The notes: a model not told the origin generated them from the letters alone. DNA of 64,000 nucleotides from Patescibacteria group bacterium (GCA_023485845.1 JAMCZE010000001.1:62456-126455), one strand, 5' to 3'. Positions 8,917 through 18,921 are shown, numbered from the stretch's first letter. Numbers and translations: made by a program.

Positions 8917-11181
8917 GTGAAGAAGTTTTGGGTGATTGCGGTTTTTGCGGCAGCCAATGTTGCCTGCTTTTGGCAGCTGTATCTGAAAGGGTTGGTGCCG
9001 TTTCCCGGGGACCTTTTAGTTTCTTTTTTCTTTCCTTGGAACAGTGGGGGATTTGCGGCTTACAGCCCTTGGACGACCCACAAAGAATTTTTGGCCGGGG
9101 ATGCGATTCGCCAGATCATGCCTTGGAAAGCACTGGTGGTTGACCAGTTGAGACATTTCCAATGGCCGTTGTGGAACCCGTATAATTTCTCCGGCAATCA
9201 TTTGCTGGCCAACATTCAGTCCTCAGTTTTTGCCCCCAGCAATTTATGGTTTTCGTTTTTGCCGTTTAACACTGCCTGGGTTGTCAACGTGGTGACACTA
9301 TTGACCCTCTTTGGGCTGTTCACCTATCTTTTCCTGCGCAGCTTGAAGCTGTCCCGGCCAGCGGCGCTTTTGGGCGGCCTCGCTGCCGCGAATCTGGGCT
9401 ATCTTGTTGGCTGGCTGGAGATTATTGTCAATGCCCAGTCGGCCTTATTTTTCCCCTTGGCCATGTGGGCAATTAATCGGTTTAGCGACACCAAAAAGAG
9501 GATCTATTTAGCGGCGGTTGCCCTATTTTCAGCTTTTAGCGTCTTTGGCGGTCATGCCCAAACAACGGTTTATGTCTTAGCGGCCACCGGTCTCTACTGT
9601 TTTTTTAAGAAAGTCCCCGTAAAAACAATTGTCGTCGTTTTTTCTTTGGCCGCGATGCTTTCGGCTGTGCAGTTATTGCCAACACTTGATGCCTATCAGT
9701 TTTCGGCTCGGGAAACAACGGCTAATTGGCAGGTGTTTGAACGAAGTTTGTTTCCTTGGAGCCGGGTGATCACGGCTGCAGCGCCAGATTTTTTTGGTAA
9801 TCCGGCCACCGGCAATTTTGTCGGCGAGAGCTATGAGGATAACCGGATCTATTTTGGTTTGGTGGCTCTGGTGTTTGCCACTGGCGCCGGTTGGCTTCTT
9901 TTCAAAAAAAATTCGGAAGTAAAATTTTTCACTGCCTTGGCCACCGGCAGTTTGATTTTTTCCTCCTGGCCGCTGGCTAACATTTTTCCTTTATTGAAAA
10001 TCCCAGTGCTGTCGTCTTCTGCCCCGGCCCGATTATTATTCCTTTTTCAATTTAGCGGAGCGGTGCTGGCTGCTTTTGGCCTAGAAGTCTGGCTGAAAGA
10101 GCGGGAAAAATTTCTAGCCGTGGCTAAAAAAATAGTTCCCGTGATTTTTATTCTGCTGGCGGCCGCGGCCGTTGCTTCACGATCGTCGGTTTCTCTTAAA
10201 AACAGCTTCTTGCCGCTGGCGATGCTAGCCGCGCTCTTTTTATTACTGCGTTTCCGTGGCCGATTTGTCTTGACAGCTGTTTTTCTTCTGGTTATCTTGG
10301 AATTCGGTTTCTACTTTTCCAAGTTTCAGCCGTTTGCTGATGCCAACTTCATATTTCCCGATCATCCGGTGATTGATTTTCTCCAACAGCGAGCCGGCGT
10401 CAACCGCTTCTTTGGTTTTGGCACGGCCTATATCGACAATAACTTTGCCAGCGAATATCGAATTTTCTCGGCCGAGGGCTATGACCCGTTATACATTAAA
10501 CGCTACGGGGAGCTGATAGCCTCGACACAAAATGGCCAGTTGCCGGTGACCGTCCCCCGTTCCGATGCCAATTTTACCCATGATGATAATTTCAATCGCC
10601 AGCGCCTGTTTGACATTTTGGGGATCAAATATATCCTGGACAAAAACGATAACCCCCAGTGGAACTGGGAACCGGAGCCGGCCAAGTTTCCCCCGGACAA
10701 ATATCAACTGGTCTGGCAAAGCTATAAATGGAAAGCCTACGAATGGAAATCCGCCCTGCCCCGGGCTTTTTTGGCCGGAGGGTTCGAAGTGGTCGCTGAC
10801 CCGGCCAAAATCATCAGCCGGCTCTACGACAAGAATTTTGATTATCGTCATAATTTAATTCTGGAAAGGGATCCGGGGGTCAAAGATTTGGCCTCCGGTT
10901 CGGCACAAATTGTTTCCTATCAACCGGAACAGGTAACAATCAACACCGATTCGTCCGGCCCCAGCTTACTTTTCCTCTCCGATGCTTATTTTCCCGGCTG
11001 GCAGGCCACGGTGAATGGTCGGCCGACTGAAGTCTTGCGGGCTGACTATGCCTTGCGCGCCGTTGTCGTCCCTCCCGGCCCCAACACGGTTATTTTCACT
11101 TATGATCCGCTTAGTTTTAAGGTCGGGTTAATTATTTCTTTATTCTCGCTGCTATGTCTGGGCGGACTCGTCATCTTTTAG
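8917..11181 (+). CDS. YfhO-family GT-C membrane protein
   Basis: Probable GTG start 8917. PLWNPYNFSG..LAN, GGHAQ, PDFFGNP, GYDP, SDAYFPGWQATVNG. Confidence 0.85.
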   Translation: MKKFWVIAVFAAANVACFWQLYLKGLVPFPGDLLVSFFFPWNSGGFAAYSPWTTHKEFLAGDAIRQIMPWKALVVDQLRHFQWPLWNPYNFSGNHLLANIQSSVFAPSNLWFSFLPFNTAWVVNVVTLLTLFGLFTYLFLRSLKLSRPAALLGGLAAANLGYLVGWLEIIVNAQSALFFPLAMWAINRFSDTKKRIYLAAVALFSAFSVFGGHAQTTVYVLAATGLYCFFKKVPVKTIVVVFSLAAMLSAVQLLPTLDAYQFSARETTANWQVFERSLFPWSRVITAAAPDFFGNPATGNFVGESYEDNRIYFGLVALVFATGAGWLLFKKNSEVKFFTALATGSLIFSSWPLANIFPLLKIPVLSSSAPARLLFLFQFSGAVLAAFGLEVWLKEREKFLAVAKKIVPVIFILLAAAAVASRSSVSLKNSFLPLAMLAALFLLLRFRGRFVLTAVFLLVILEFGFYFSKFQPFADANFIFPDHPVIDFLQQRAGVNRFFGFGTAYIDNNFASEYRIFSAEGYDPLYIKRYGELIASTQNGQLPVTVPRSDANFTHDDNFNRQRLFDILGIKYILDKNDNPQWNWEPEPAKFPPDKYQLVWQSYKWKAYEWKSALPRAFLAGGFEVVADPAKIISRLYDKNFDYRHNLILERDPGVKDLASGSAQIVSYQPEQVTINTDSSGPSLLFLSDAYFPGWQATVNGRPTEVLRADYALRAVVVPPGPNTVIFTYDPLSFKVGLIISLFSLLCLGGLVIF

Positions 11182-11861
11182 TATTTATATTATTACTGAT
11201 TTTTATTTTGCCGGCGATTTGGCCGTTGGTGCAGCCGGGATTCTTTGTGACCGATGATGGCGATTGGATGATTATCCGCCTATCGGCTTTTCACCAGACC
11301 CTGCGTTCCGGCCAGTTCCCCGTTCGGTTTCTTGACCGACTTAACTTCGGCTATGGCTATCCAGTTTTAGACTTTCTTTATCCGTTACCTTTTTATTTTG
11401 GTGAGGTCATCCACTTACTTGGTTTTGGTTTTATGGACTCGGTAAAGATTCTTTTTATCGCCAGCATTATTTTCGGGGCGGCATTTATGTATCTTTATGC
11501 CGGCTTTATTGCTGCTGTGGTGTATACCTATTTGCCTTATCGGCTCTTTGATATCTATAAGCGGGGCTCCCTGGGGGAGGCAGTGGCCTTTGTCTTTTTA
11601 CCCGTGATTCTTTATCTAATTGATAAAAAGAAGATAATATTAGCCGCCATCGCCACCGCCGGTTTGATCACGGCTCACAACGTGATTGCCTTTCTCTTTT
11701 TGCCGGTGGTTTTTCTCTACAGTCGCAACATTAAATTAATTTTGTTAGCGCTGCTACTATCCGCCTGGTTTTGGCTGCCGGCCTTATATGATTTGCAATT
11801 TACCAAAGCGGCGATAACAACCGTGGCTGATTATCGTCAATATTTTCTATGGCCTTTCTAA
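11154..11861 (+). CDS. PTPS-related/YfhO-like GT-C membrane protein, N-terminal half of split gene
   Basis: GQFPVR..GYGYP..YP, RGSLGE, AHN, FWLP. Matches the N-terminal half of 14151..15764. Confidence 0.75.
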   Translation: MSGRTRHLLVFILLLIFILPAIWPLVQPGFFVTDDGDWMIIRLSAFHQTLRSGQFPVRFLDRLNFGYGYPVLDFLYPLPFYFGEVIHLLGFGFMDSVKILFIASIIFGAAFMYLYAGFIAAVVYTYLPYRLFDIYKRGSLGEAVAFVFLPVILYLIDKKKIILAAIATAGLITAHNVIAFLFLPVVFLYSRNIKLILLALLLSAWFWLPALYDLQFTKAAITTVADYRQYFLWPF

Positions 11862-12454
11862 TCTCTCTTATTATTATTTCGTTATTTTTTGCTTTGCCGG
11901 TGTCTGCGCCGGTTTGGCAACACTCTTTGCTGCCCAAGGTTGTCCAGTTTCCTTGGCGGTTTCTCTCCATCACTATTTTTGTCCTGGCCGTTTTAATCGG
12001 GCGGATGCCCAAAAAGCTTGGCGTAATATTGATGATCATCACGATTGTTTTTGCTGTCCCTTTTTTGCGAGTTGTCCGAACTTTCCATCCCGAGGGGTTC
12101 TACACGACTAATGACGATTCCACAACCGTGAAGAACGAATATGACAACCGTTGGTTGACAGTTAATCCAGTCAGCCGGCCGGACAAAGAAATGGTTTGGC
12201 TGACGCCGACAAAAATCCAGGTGAATAAAATGTATTTTCCCGGGTTGGAGACTTTCGTTGATGGTGTTAAAACCCCCATTGACTATCAAACTAATGGCCT
12301 GGTGCAACTAACTGTCTCTCCTGGTTCCCACGTGGTAACCACTCACTTCACCGAAACTCCAGTTAGGCTGTTTGCTGATTTATTAACCGTTTTGGGAATC
12401 CTGATAATTTTTGCGTCATGGTTTTCAAAAACTGTTTGGCCGGGGAAAAGATAA
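11849..12454 (+). CDS. PTPS-related GT-C membrane protein, C-terminal half of split gene
   Basis: QFPWRFL, EY, YFPG..VDG, FTETPVR. Matches the C-terminal half of 14151..15764. Confidence 0.75.
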   Translation: MAFLISLIIISLFFALPVSAPVWQHSLLPKVVQFPWRFLSITIFVLAVLIGRMPKKLGVILMIITIVFAVPFLRVVRTFHPEGFYTTNDDSTTVKNEYDNRWLTVNPVSRPDKEMVWLTPTKIQVNKMYFPGLETFVDGVKTPIDYQTNGLVQLTVSPGSHVVTTHFTETPVRLFADLLTVLGILIIFASWFSKTVWPGKR

Positions 12455-13929
12455 AAAGAATATTTTTTTGGAAGATAGAGATAGTCTACTTGGGAATAGT
12501 CGGGGTGGGCAAGGCGGGCGGCAGCGCCGGGAACTTGATGATCCTGTAAGACCCCGATGTAGCCGGCAACATAAAGCGGGCGGTTGGCTAGGAAACTGAC
12601 ATAGAGAGAAACTTCCTGTCGAGCCAGATCGGGCGGCAGGGCAACCACCGCATTAGCCGGTGTTTGGTTTTTTAAGTAATTAAGAGCCGCCATCTCGTCG
12701 GCCGACACAAAAAATCCTTGGCGGGAAATTAACATCTGCATGTTACCCCAGACTTCATGAAGGGGTCTGGGCAAAGTTAGCAAAATTACCACTAGCCCGA
12801 TGATTAGCGGCCAACGGGAAACGGCCAGGGCTGCATATAAGGCGCCGACAAAATAGAGGCTGATAAGGAATTGAACACTGTTAAGTCCGCCGATGTTTTG
12901 CACAAAGAACAACCCGACAATGGCCGTGACCGTGGTGGCCGTTAGCAAGAAGATGTTAAGTTCTCGTGGCAAAAATCTCAGTGTTTTTCTCGTCTGAAAA
13001 AGCGCCAGCAGGGAAGTGCCATAGAGGAAAATTAAATAAGCGGCAAAAAAGAGCGGCTCCAAATACCAGGCACCGGCTTTTTCCCACAATTCCAAATTGG
13101 TGAGGCCAAAAACCGGTTGGGAGATGAAATCATCAAAGCGATAGGAGCCGTTGAAGATCAACCCGCCGGTCAGGCCATTAACGGGTAAATAGACGGCTAG
13201 ACTAACACATAAGACCATCAGCGGAGGAAGAATCATTTTCCAATCCCGTCGAAATAGATAGTAGGCACCGATTGCGGCCATCCCGGCCATGGCAAATAAA
13301 CCGGTATAAACTTTAAAACCGATTAGGCTGCCAAAAATGATAGCTATCAAAATGCCGGAGAGAAGATACCGCTTTTTGATCCAGATAACAAATAAGGCCA
13401 GGCCGGTGAACAAAAGAAGGAGGGAAAACGACCGTGGCGGTCCGGCCAAAAGTTTGGTGGCGTCATCAAAAATGGTGACGTCAAAATTGAGCCCCTTGCC
13501 CCGGAGAAACAACAATAGGTACAAAATGTCGCCATTAAAATAGAGGAAAATCAGCCACCAGCGAGTGATTTTATTACCCAAATCCAAAAGTTGGGCGATG
13601 ACAATAACGGTTAGTCCCATTAGCACAGACACGAGGACGGCAAAGTATTGGTAGACACTGGCTGCCAGTGGCAGATGGAAAATCCTGATGAAGTCAGCCA
13701 TCACCAAGTTGGCCAAGTAGTGGTAGTTTTTAACAATCACGCCGCTTTCTCCCGGTTCCTGCGGCGGGAAATGGGAAACAAGTTCGTTAGTAAGAGCCAA
13801 ATGATAAATGTCATCGGGCACGCCCCGGCAGCAAAAAAAAGTTCCTCCGTTGAGACTTGAGCCCAAGAACCAAACGGCCGAAAGTTGCAAAATAACGCCG
13901 AAAGCAATAATCGCTAGTGTTTTAACCAT
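12343..13929 (-). CDS. Multi-TM GT-C-like membrane protein, main part of split gene
   Basis: DDIYH, FPPQEP, NYHY, FKVY. C-terminal YLKNQTP..VFEN domain. Confidence 0.7.
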   Translation of the reverse strand: MVKTLAIIAFGVILQLSAVWFLGSSLNGGTFFCCRGVPDDIYHLALTNELVSHFPPQEPGESGVIVKNYHYLANLVMADFIRIFHLPLAASVYQYFAVLVSVLMGLTVIVIAQLLDLGNKITRWWLIFLYFNGDILYLLLFLRGKGLNFDVTIFDDATKLLAGPPRSFSLLLLFTGLALFVIWIKKRYLLSGILIAIIFGSLIGFKVYTGLFAMAGMAAIGAYYLFRRDWKMILPPLMVLCVSLAVYLPVNGLTGGLIFNGSYRFDDFISQPVFGLTNLELWEKAGAWYLEPLFFAAYLIFLYGTSLLALFQTRKTLRFLPRELNIFLLTATTVTAIVGLFFVQNIGGLNSVQFLISLYFVGALYAALAVSRWPLIIGLVVILLTLPRPLHEVWGNMQMLISRQGFFVSADEMAALNYLKNQTPANAVVALPPDLARQEVSLYVSFLANRPLYVAGYIGVLQDHQVPGAAARLAHPDYSQVDYLYLPKKYSFYLFPGQTVFENHDAKIIRIPKTVNKSANSLTGVSVK

Positions 13930-14132
13930 ATAAGAAAGGCCACCGTAAGATAAACATAAGTCAGATTGCGCAAGTTCAAATAGCCAAGAATAAAGCCCTG
14001 CAGGGCCCAGAGAACCAATCCTAGACCAAGTGCAAGGACCACCCGCTGAAAGATGGTGAGATTCAGTCGGCGAATAAAGATGTCCCCGGGGATGAATAAG
14101 GCAACCAAACAGGCAAAAAGAAAGACCACCAT
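13914..14132 (-). CDS. N-terminal TM fragment of the 12343..13929 protein
   Basis: 72-aa hydrophobic ORF (FIPG, ALGLG) overlapping the next start by 16 nt in another frame. Confidence 0.6.
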   Translation of the reverse strand: MVVFLFACLVALFIPGDIFIRRLNLTIFQRVVLALGLGLVLWALQGFILGYLNLRNLTYVYLTVAFLIWLKH

Positions 14133-14150
14133 TCTTGTATAATAACAGTT
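14133..14150. promoter_or_regulatory. Putative bidirectional leaderless -10 element
   Basis: 18-bp divergent gap. TATAAT 14138-14143 lies 7 nt before ATG 14151; minus-strand TATTAT lies 6 nt before ATG 14132. Confidence 0.5.
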
Positions 14151-15764
14151 ATGCTGTTAGTTGTTCTACTTTCTCTCTTGACTGTGGTTCCCCTGTTTCA
14201 TCCCGGTTTTTTTGTTATGCATGACTTCCAGCAAGTCGTGCGCCTGGCCCAATTGGATAAGGCCCTCTCGTTTGGTCAATTTCCGGTCCGCTGGGTGGCC
14301 GATCTAGGCTTTGGTTATGGCTATAATCTCTTTAATTTCTACCCACCGCTGGTTTATTATCTTGGTGAAATCATCCACTTAGTTTTTGAAACTTCGTTCT
14401 TGGATGCCACCAAAATTATCTGGGGGATCGCTCTGGTCGGATCAGCCCTGAGCATGTATTTTCTGGCGAAAGAATTTTTTGGGAAAGTCGGCGGGCTAGT
14501 TAGCGCCATGTTTTATCTTTATATTCCCTATCATGCCGTTGATGCTTATGTCCGCGGCGCCCTGGCGGAACTCTTTTCCTTTGTCTGGTTGCCATTAATT
14601 CTTCTTTTCTCCTATCAAAAACGAATAATCCTAACCGGCATCACCCTGGCCCTGTTGATGATCACTCATAATTTAGTTTTCCTGCCGTTCTTTGGCCTGT
14701 TTGCTGCCTGGTATCTGGTCCTCCACCGGGACATTAAGGGGTTAGCCCTAATTACTTTAATAACTTTTGGCCTATCGGCTTTCTTCTGGTTGCCATCTTT
14801 GGCACAGAAGCAGTTCACGCTGGTGGATCAATTCCTGACCACCGGTTTGGCTTCTTATTCAATTCATTTTGTTTGTCCGGCCCAGTTATGGAATTCACTC
14901 TGGGGGTATGGGGGGTCGGCAGCCGGTTGCGTTGACGGGTTATCTTTCAAGATAGGCAAACCGCAAGTGGTTTTAGCCCTGGTTGCATTGCTGATTGCCA
15001 TTTGGAAGCGGTCCAAAATCTTACTGGTGACATTTACTCTTTTTGTTTTCTGTGTGTTTATGACCACTGATTATTCAAGGTTTATCTGGGACCACGTCAA
15101 GCTGTTGTGGTATTTGCAGTTTCCCTGGCGGTTTTTGGAATTTGTGGCCCTTTTCTCCTCACTTTTGGCCGGAAGCTTTGTTTTGGTTGTCAAGAAAACC
15201 CGCTGGCGGCTAGTTCTAGGGGCGGTGTTAATTGCCGCGGTTATTTTTCTTCATGGCAAATATTTTGTTCCCCAAAGCTATCTTCCTCAGGCCACTGATG
15301 CCACCCTGCTTTCCGATAGCCAGGTGAAATGGGTGGTGAGTCAAACATCGTTTGAATATATGCCGGCCGGAGTGGCCGTTCACCCCACCCCCCAAGGGTC
15401 GTATATGTTAGACATTGCTGCTTACCCGACAAGAAAGTATGTGGTCACGGCCGGCAGTTTTGGGGAAACCAAATCTCAATTTGGGGCCGATCGTTTTTTG
15501 CTGGCCGGAATCGCTACCCAATCCTCGCAGATTCAGTTCCAAATCACGAACTTTCCCGGCTGGAAAGTGTGGGTTGACGGCAAGGCAACGGCCATCACCG
15601 ACAACAATAAACTAAAATTAATCACCGTGTCGATCCCGGCAGGGCAGCATCAAATCACCGGCCAATTCACTAACACCCCAGTGCGCACCGCCGGCAATTT
15701 AATCACCCTTTTTGCAATAATAGTTTTGATGGCAATTTATCTATATGGAAGAAGACGAACTTAA
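14151..15764 (+). CDS. PTPS-related-domain (YfhO-like) GT-C membrane protein
   Basis: MHD, GQFPVRW, GYGY..FNFYPP, RGALAE, THN, QFPWRFL, FPGWKV.VDG. Confidence 0.82.
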   Translation: MLLVVLLSLLTVVPLFHPGFFVMHDFQQVVRLAQLDKALSFGQFPVRWVADLGFGYGYNLFNFYPPLVYYLGEIIHLVFETSFLDATKIIWGIALVGSALSMYFLAKEFFGKVGGLVSAMFYLYIPYHAVDAYVRGALAELFSFVWLPLILLFSYQKRIILTGITLALLMITHNLVFLPFFGLFAAWYLVLHRDIKGLALITLITFGLSAFFWLPSLAQKQFTLVDQFLTTGLASYSIHFVCPAQLWNSLWGYGGSAAGCVDGLSFKIGKPQVVLALVALLIAIWKRSKILLVTFTLFVFCVFMTTDYSRFIWDHVKLLWYLQFPWRFLEFVALFSSLLAGSFVLVVKKTRWRLVLGAVLIAAVIFLHGKYFVPQSYLPQATDATLLSDSQVKWVVSQTSFEYMPAGVAVHPTPQGSYMLDIAAYPTRKYVVTAGSFGETKSQFGADRFLLAGIATQSSQIQFQITNFPGWKVWVDGKATAITDNNKLKLITVSIPAGQHQITGQFTNTPVRTAGNLITLFAIIVLMAIYLYGRRRT

Positions 15765-17190
15765 ACACAAGGCGGTCCGCAGTGTCATTGCCCTGACTTT
15801 CCGGACAATTTTTCTCCAGTTAATCGCGGCGGTGGCACTCTTTTTGCTGCAAATTTTCCTGTCCCCATCGCAAATCGGTGTTTTCTTTGTCGTCACCTCG
15901 CTGTTTCAAATCTTCACCCTTTTCACTGATGTTGGTTTGGGGGCGGCCTTAGTCCAGCGGCATGAGGAAATTGAGGACAAAGATCTTAGAACGGTTTTTT
16001 TCATGCAAGAGATTTTGGTGGTGATGGCGATTGCCTTAGGGGTGGCTGTCACACCGCTAATTAGGGCTTATTCCCATCTGGACGCGGCTGGCATCACTCT
16101 TTATTATGTCCTGCTTTTCACCTTATTTGTCTCTTCTTTGAAGGTTATCCCTTCAATTTTGATGGAGCGCAAACTGGCCTTTGAAAAGCAGATTATGCCC
16201 CAAATTTTTGAGAGCATCGTCTACTACATAATTGTCGTCTATTTGGCCGCTAAAGGTTTTGGGGTGGCCTCATATTCCTGGGGCTTTTTCGTCTCCGCCC
16301 TGGTCGGCCTGCCAATTTATTATCTCCTATCTCCCTGGCGAGTCGGTTTTGCTTTTGCCCGCGACCGGGCCAAGCATTTCCTGTCTTTCGGGGTGTTTTA
16401 CCAGGGCAAAAGCGTGTTGTCGGTGATTAAAGATAATCTTTTTACCGTGTTTTTGTCCGGCGTGGTAGGCACCAGCGGGGTGGGCTACTGGGGGACGGCC
16501 CAGCGTTGGGCCTATTTTCCCTATCGCTTCATGGTTGACAGTGTCACTAAGGTCACCTTCCCGGCCTATTCCCGAGCCCAACATAACACGGATATTTTGC
16601 GGGCCGGAATTGAGCGGTCACTCTTTGCCATCAGTGTTGTTCTTTTTCCGCTTTATGCCGTGATGACCGTGAACATTAACAGTCTGATTCAATTAATTCC
16701 AAAATACACCAAGTGGGAACCAGCGGTTATTTCTTTCTACTTTCTTTGCGCTCAGGCATTAATTGCCGCTCTAACTAACATTCTCGTTAACGTTTTAGAT
16801 GCCACTGGCCGGGTGAAAACTACTCTTTATTTGATGATTCTTTGGATCATCGGCACTTGGGGGCTGACGATTCTTTTAATTGGCCGGCTGGGATTCACTG
16901 GGATCGCGGTGGCCCAATTTTTGGTGGCCATAACAATCGTGCTAGTTATCTATCTGGTGAAGCGGTTTGTTAATTTCGATTTTGTCGGCAACGTCCTTTG
17001 GCCACTTTTGGCCACGGCATTGATGACAGCCGTTATGGTGGCGATGGCAAAAACTCTTCCGGTTAGCTTTGTTTCCGTTATCGCCACCGGGGCAGTTGGC
17101 GGTATAATCTATCTAGTCATTATCTGGCTATTGGCATCGGCAAAAATTCTTGCCACTGCCCGGCTAATTTTAAGAGCATATCACCGATGA
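15745..17190 (+). CDS. wzx: Wzx/MOP-family oligosaccharide flippase
   Basis: About 14 TM. LSP..G, DVGLGAALVQ, VTFPAYS pattern of WzxC-like flippases. Confidence 0.85.
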   Translation: MEEDELKHKAVRSVIALTFRTIFLQLIAAVALFLLQIFLSPSQIGVFFVVTSLFQIFTLFTDVGLGAALVQRHEEIEDKDLRTVFFMQEILVVMAIALGVAVTPLIRAYSHLDAAGITLYYVLLFTLFVSSLKVIPSILMERKLAFEKQIMPQIFESIVYYIIVVYLAAKGFGVASYSWGFFVSALVGLPIYYLLSPWRVGFAFARDRAKHFLSFGVFYQGKSVLSVIKDNLFTVFLSGVVGTSGVGYWGTAQRWAYFPYRFMVDSVTKVTFPAYSRAQHNTDILRAGIERSLFAISVVLFPLYAVMTVNINSLIQLIPKYTKWEPAVISFYFLCAQALIAALTNILVNVLDATGRVKTTLYLMILWIIGTWGLTILLIGRLGFTGIAVAQFLVAITIVLVIYLVKRFVNFDFVGNVLWPLLATALMTAVMVAMAKTLPVSFVSVIATGAVGGIIYLVIIWLLASAKILATARLILRAYHR

Positions 17191-18113
17191 AACCATATTA
17201 TTCCATCGTCGTTCCGGTTTATAATGAGGAAAAGAATCTAGAGGAGTTATTCTTGCAGTTGATGGCCGCGCTTAGATCTTTGGCCAAGCCTTGGGAAATT
17301 ATTTTTGTTAACGATGGGAGCCGTGATCAGTCGTTGGAAATGCTGACAAACTTTACCCGCAAGGACAAAACTGTCCGAGTGGTGTCCTTGTCCCGAAACT
17401 TTGGCCAGCAAGCAGCGGTGACCGCCGGATTGGCCAACAGTTCCGGTCAGGTGGTAGCCTTGATGGATGCCGACCTTCAAGATCCGCCGGAAACACTATT
17501 AAAACTTTTAGGAAAGGTTGACGAAGGATTTGACGTGGCCTACGCTGTTTCTAAGAAACGCCATGACCCCCCCTTGCGCAAATTCCTAATTAATAATTAC
17601 TACCGGGTAATGAATTTGGCAGCGACCTATGAAATTCCTCCGGGCGCGGGGATTTTCTCAGCCCTATCGCGCCGGACGGTGGACACCCTGCTGGGCTTGT
17701 CAGAGCGCAACCGGTTTTTGCCGGCCTTGCGTTCCTGGGTTGGTTTTAAACAGATTGCCGTTCCTTTTGAAAAACCGGCCCGATTTGCCGGCAAAGAGAG
17801 CCAATCGCTGGCCAAACTATTTAAAATGGGTTTTGATGCTCTCTTTTCTTTTTCTTATTTGCCGCTGCGCTTGGCCACGATTCTTGGTTTATTGGTTTCC
17901 ACCGTGGCGTTTGTGTCCATTGTGGACGTTCTCTATCAAAAACTGGTGGCCGGCACGGCCATCTTGGGTTGGGCATCGCCGTTGGTGGCCACTTTATTTA
18001 TTGGCGGCGTGCAGCTGCTGATTCTAGGAATCATCGGGGAATATCTCGGCCGGATTTATGACGAAGTGAAGCATCGACCCTACTATATTATTGCCGAAAA
18101 GATCGGATTTTAA
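17187..18113 (+). CDS. GtrB/ArnC-like undecaprenyl-phosphate glycosyltransferase (GT2)
   Basis: VPVYNEE, DGSRD, SRNFGQ, DADLQDPP, two C-terminal TMs, GEYLGRIYDEVK.RP.Y. Confidence 0.92.
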   Translation: MKPYYSIVVPVYNEEKNLEELFLQLMAALRSLAKPWEIIFVNDGSRDQSLEMLTNFTRKDKTVRVVSLSRNFGQQAAVTAGLANSSGQVVALMDADLQDPPETLLKLLGKVDEGFDVAYAVSKKRHDPPLRKFLINNYYRVMNLAATYEIPPGAGIFSALSRRTVDTLLGLSERNRFLPALRSWVGFKQIAVPFEKPARFAGKESQSLAKLFKMGFDALFSFSYLPLRLATILGLLVSTVAFVSIVDVLYQKLVAGTAILGWASPLVATLFIGGVQLLILGIIGEYLGRIYDEVKHRPYYIIAEKIGF

Positions 18114-18114
18114 A

Positions 18115-18921
18115 ATGAAACTTTCCGCGATTGTTTTTGTTTTTTGGCCCGAGGAAGAAAATTATGTTGCGGCATGTTTGCAAACCGTATCTTTTGCCGA
18201 CGAGATTATTGTTATTGATAATGGGGCCACGGCAAAAACGCTAGCGGTGTGCAAAGAATATACCCCAAAGATTTTCCACACGGACTCTAAGAATTTTTCT
18301 GACCATCATAATCTTGGAAAACAGAAAGCCACCGGAGACTGGCTGCTTTATGTCGATGCCGATGAACGGGTTTCCGCTGGTCTGGCAGACGAAATTAAAA
18401 GTGAACTGGCCAAGCCGTCGGCGGCGGCCTACGAGCTGCGCCGGGTGAATTTCTTTTTGGGAAAAAAGGTTCGTTTTGGTGACCGCTACCCCGACTATGT
18501 CACCCGGCTTTTTCAAAAAGATAAGTTGGTTGGCTGGAAAGGGGAGATCCATGAAAGTTCCAAGGTTGATGGGGAAATCGGCCGGCTAAGCCAACCTTTA
18601 TATCATTTAACTCACCGTGACATCTATTCGATGCTTGCAAAGACGGCGAATTTTGCCGAACATGAGGCTAATCTCCGGCTGGCGGCCGGCCATCCTCAAA
18701 TCTCCGGCTGGCGGCTGCTGCGGATTTTTGCCACCGAGATGTTTAATCGCCTGATTAAACTTCAAGGTGTTCGTGGGGGGACGGAGGGTTGGATCGACGG
18801 CATCTTCCAGTCCTTCTCCCTGTTTATTGCCTATGTTCGCCTCTGGGAGCTCCAGCGCAGGCTATCATTAGCCGAGACATATAAGGAAATTGACAAAAAG
18901 ATCATAAGCGGAGAATTATGA
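18115..18921 (+). CDS. GT2 glycosyltransferase (WaaE/KdtX-like)
   Basis: ATG 18115. DEIIVID, WLLYVDADE, PDYVTRLF, IHE. Confidence 0.85.
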   Translation: MKLSAIVFVFWPEEENYVAACLQTVSFADEIIVIDNGATAKTLAVCKEYTPKIFHTDSKNFSDHHNLGKQKATGDWLLYVDADERVSAGLADEIKSELAKPSAAAYELRRVNFFLGKKVRFGDRYPDYVTRLFQKDKLVGWKGEIHESSKVDGEIGRLSQPLYHLTHRDIYSMLAKTANFAEHEANLRLAAGHPQISGWRLLRIFATEMFNRLIKLQGVRGGTEGWIDGIFQSFSLFIAYVRLWELQRRLSLAETYKEIDKKIISGEL

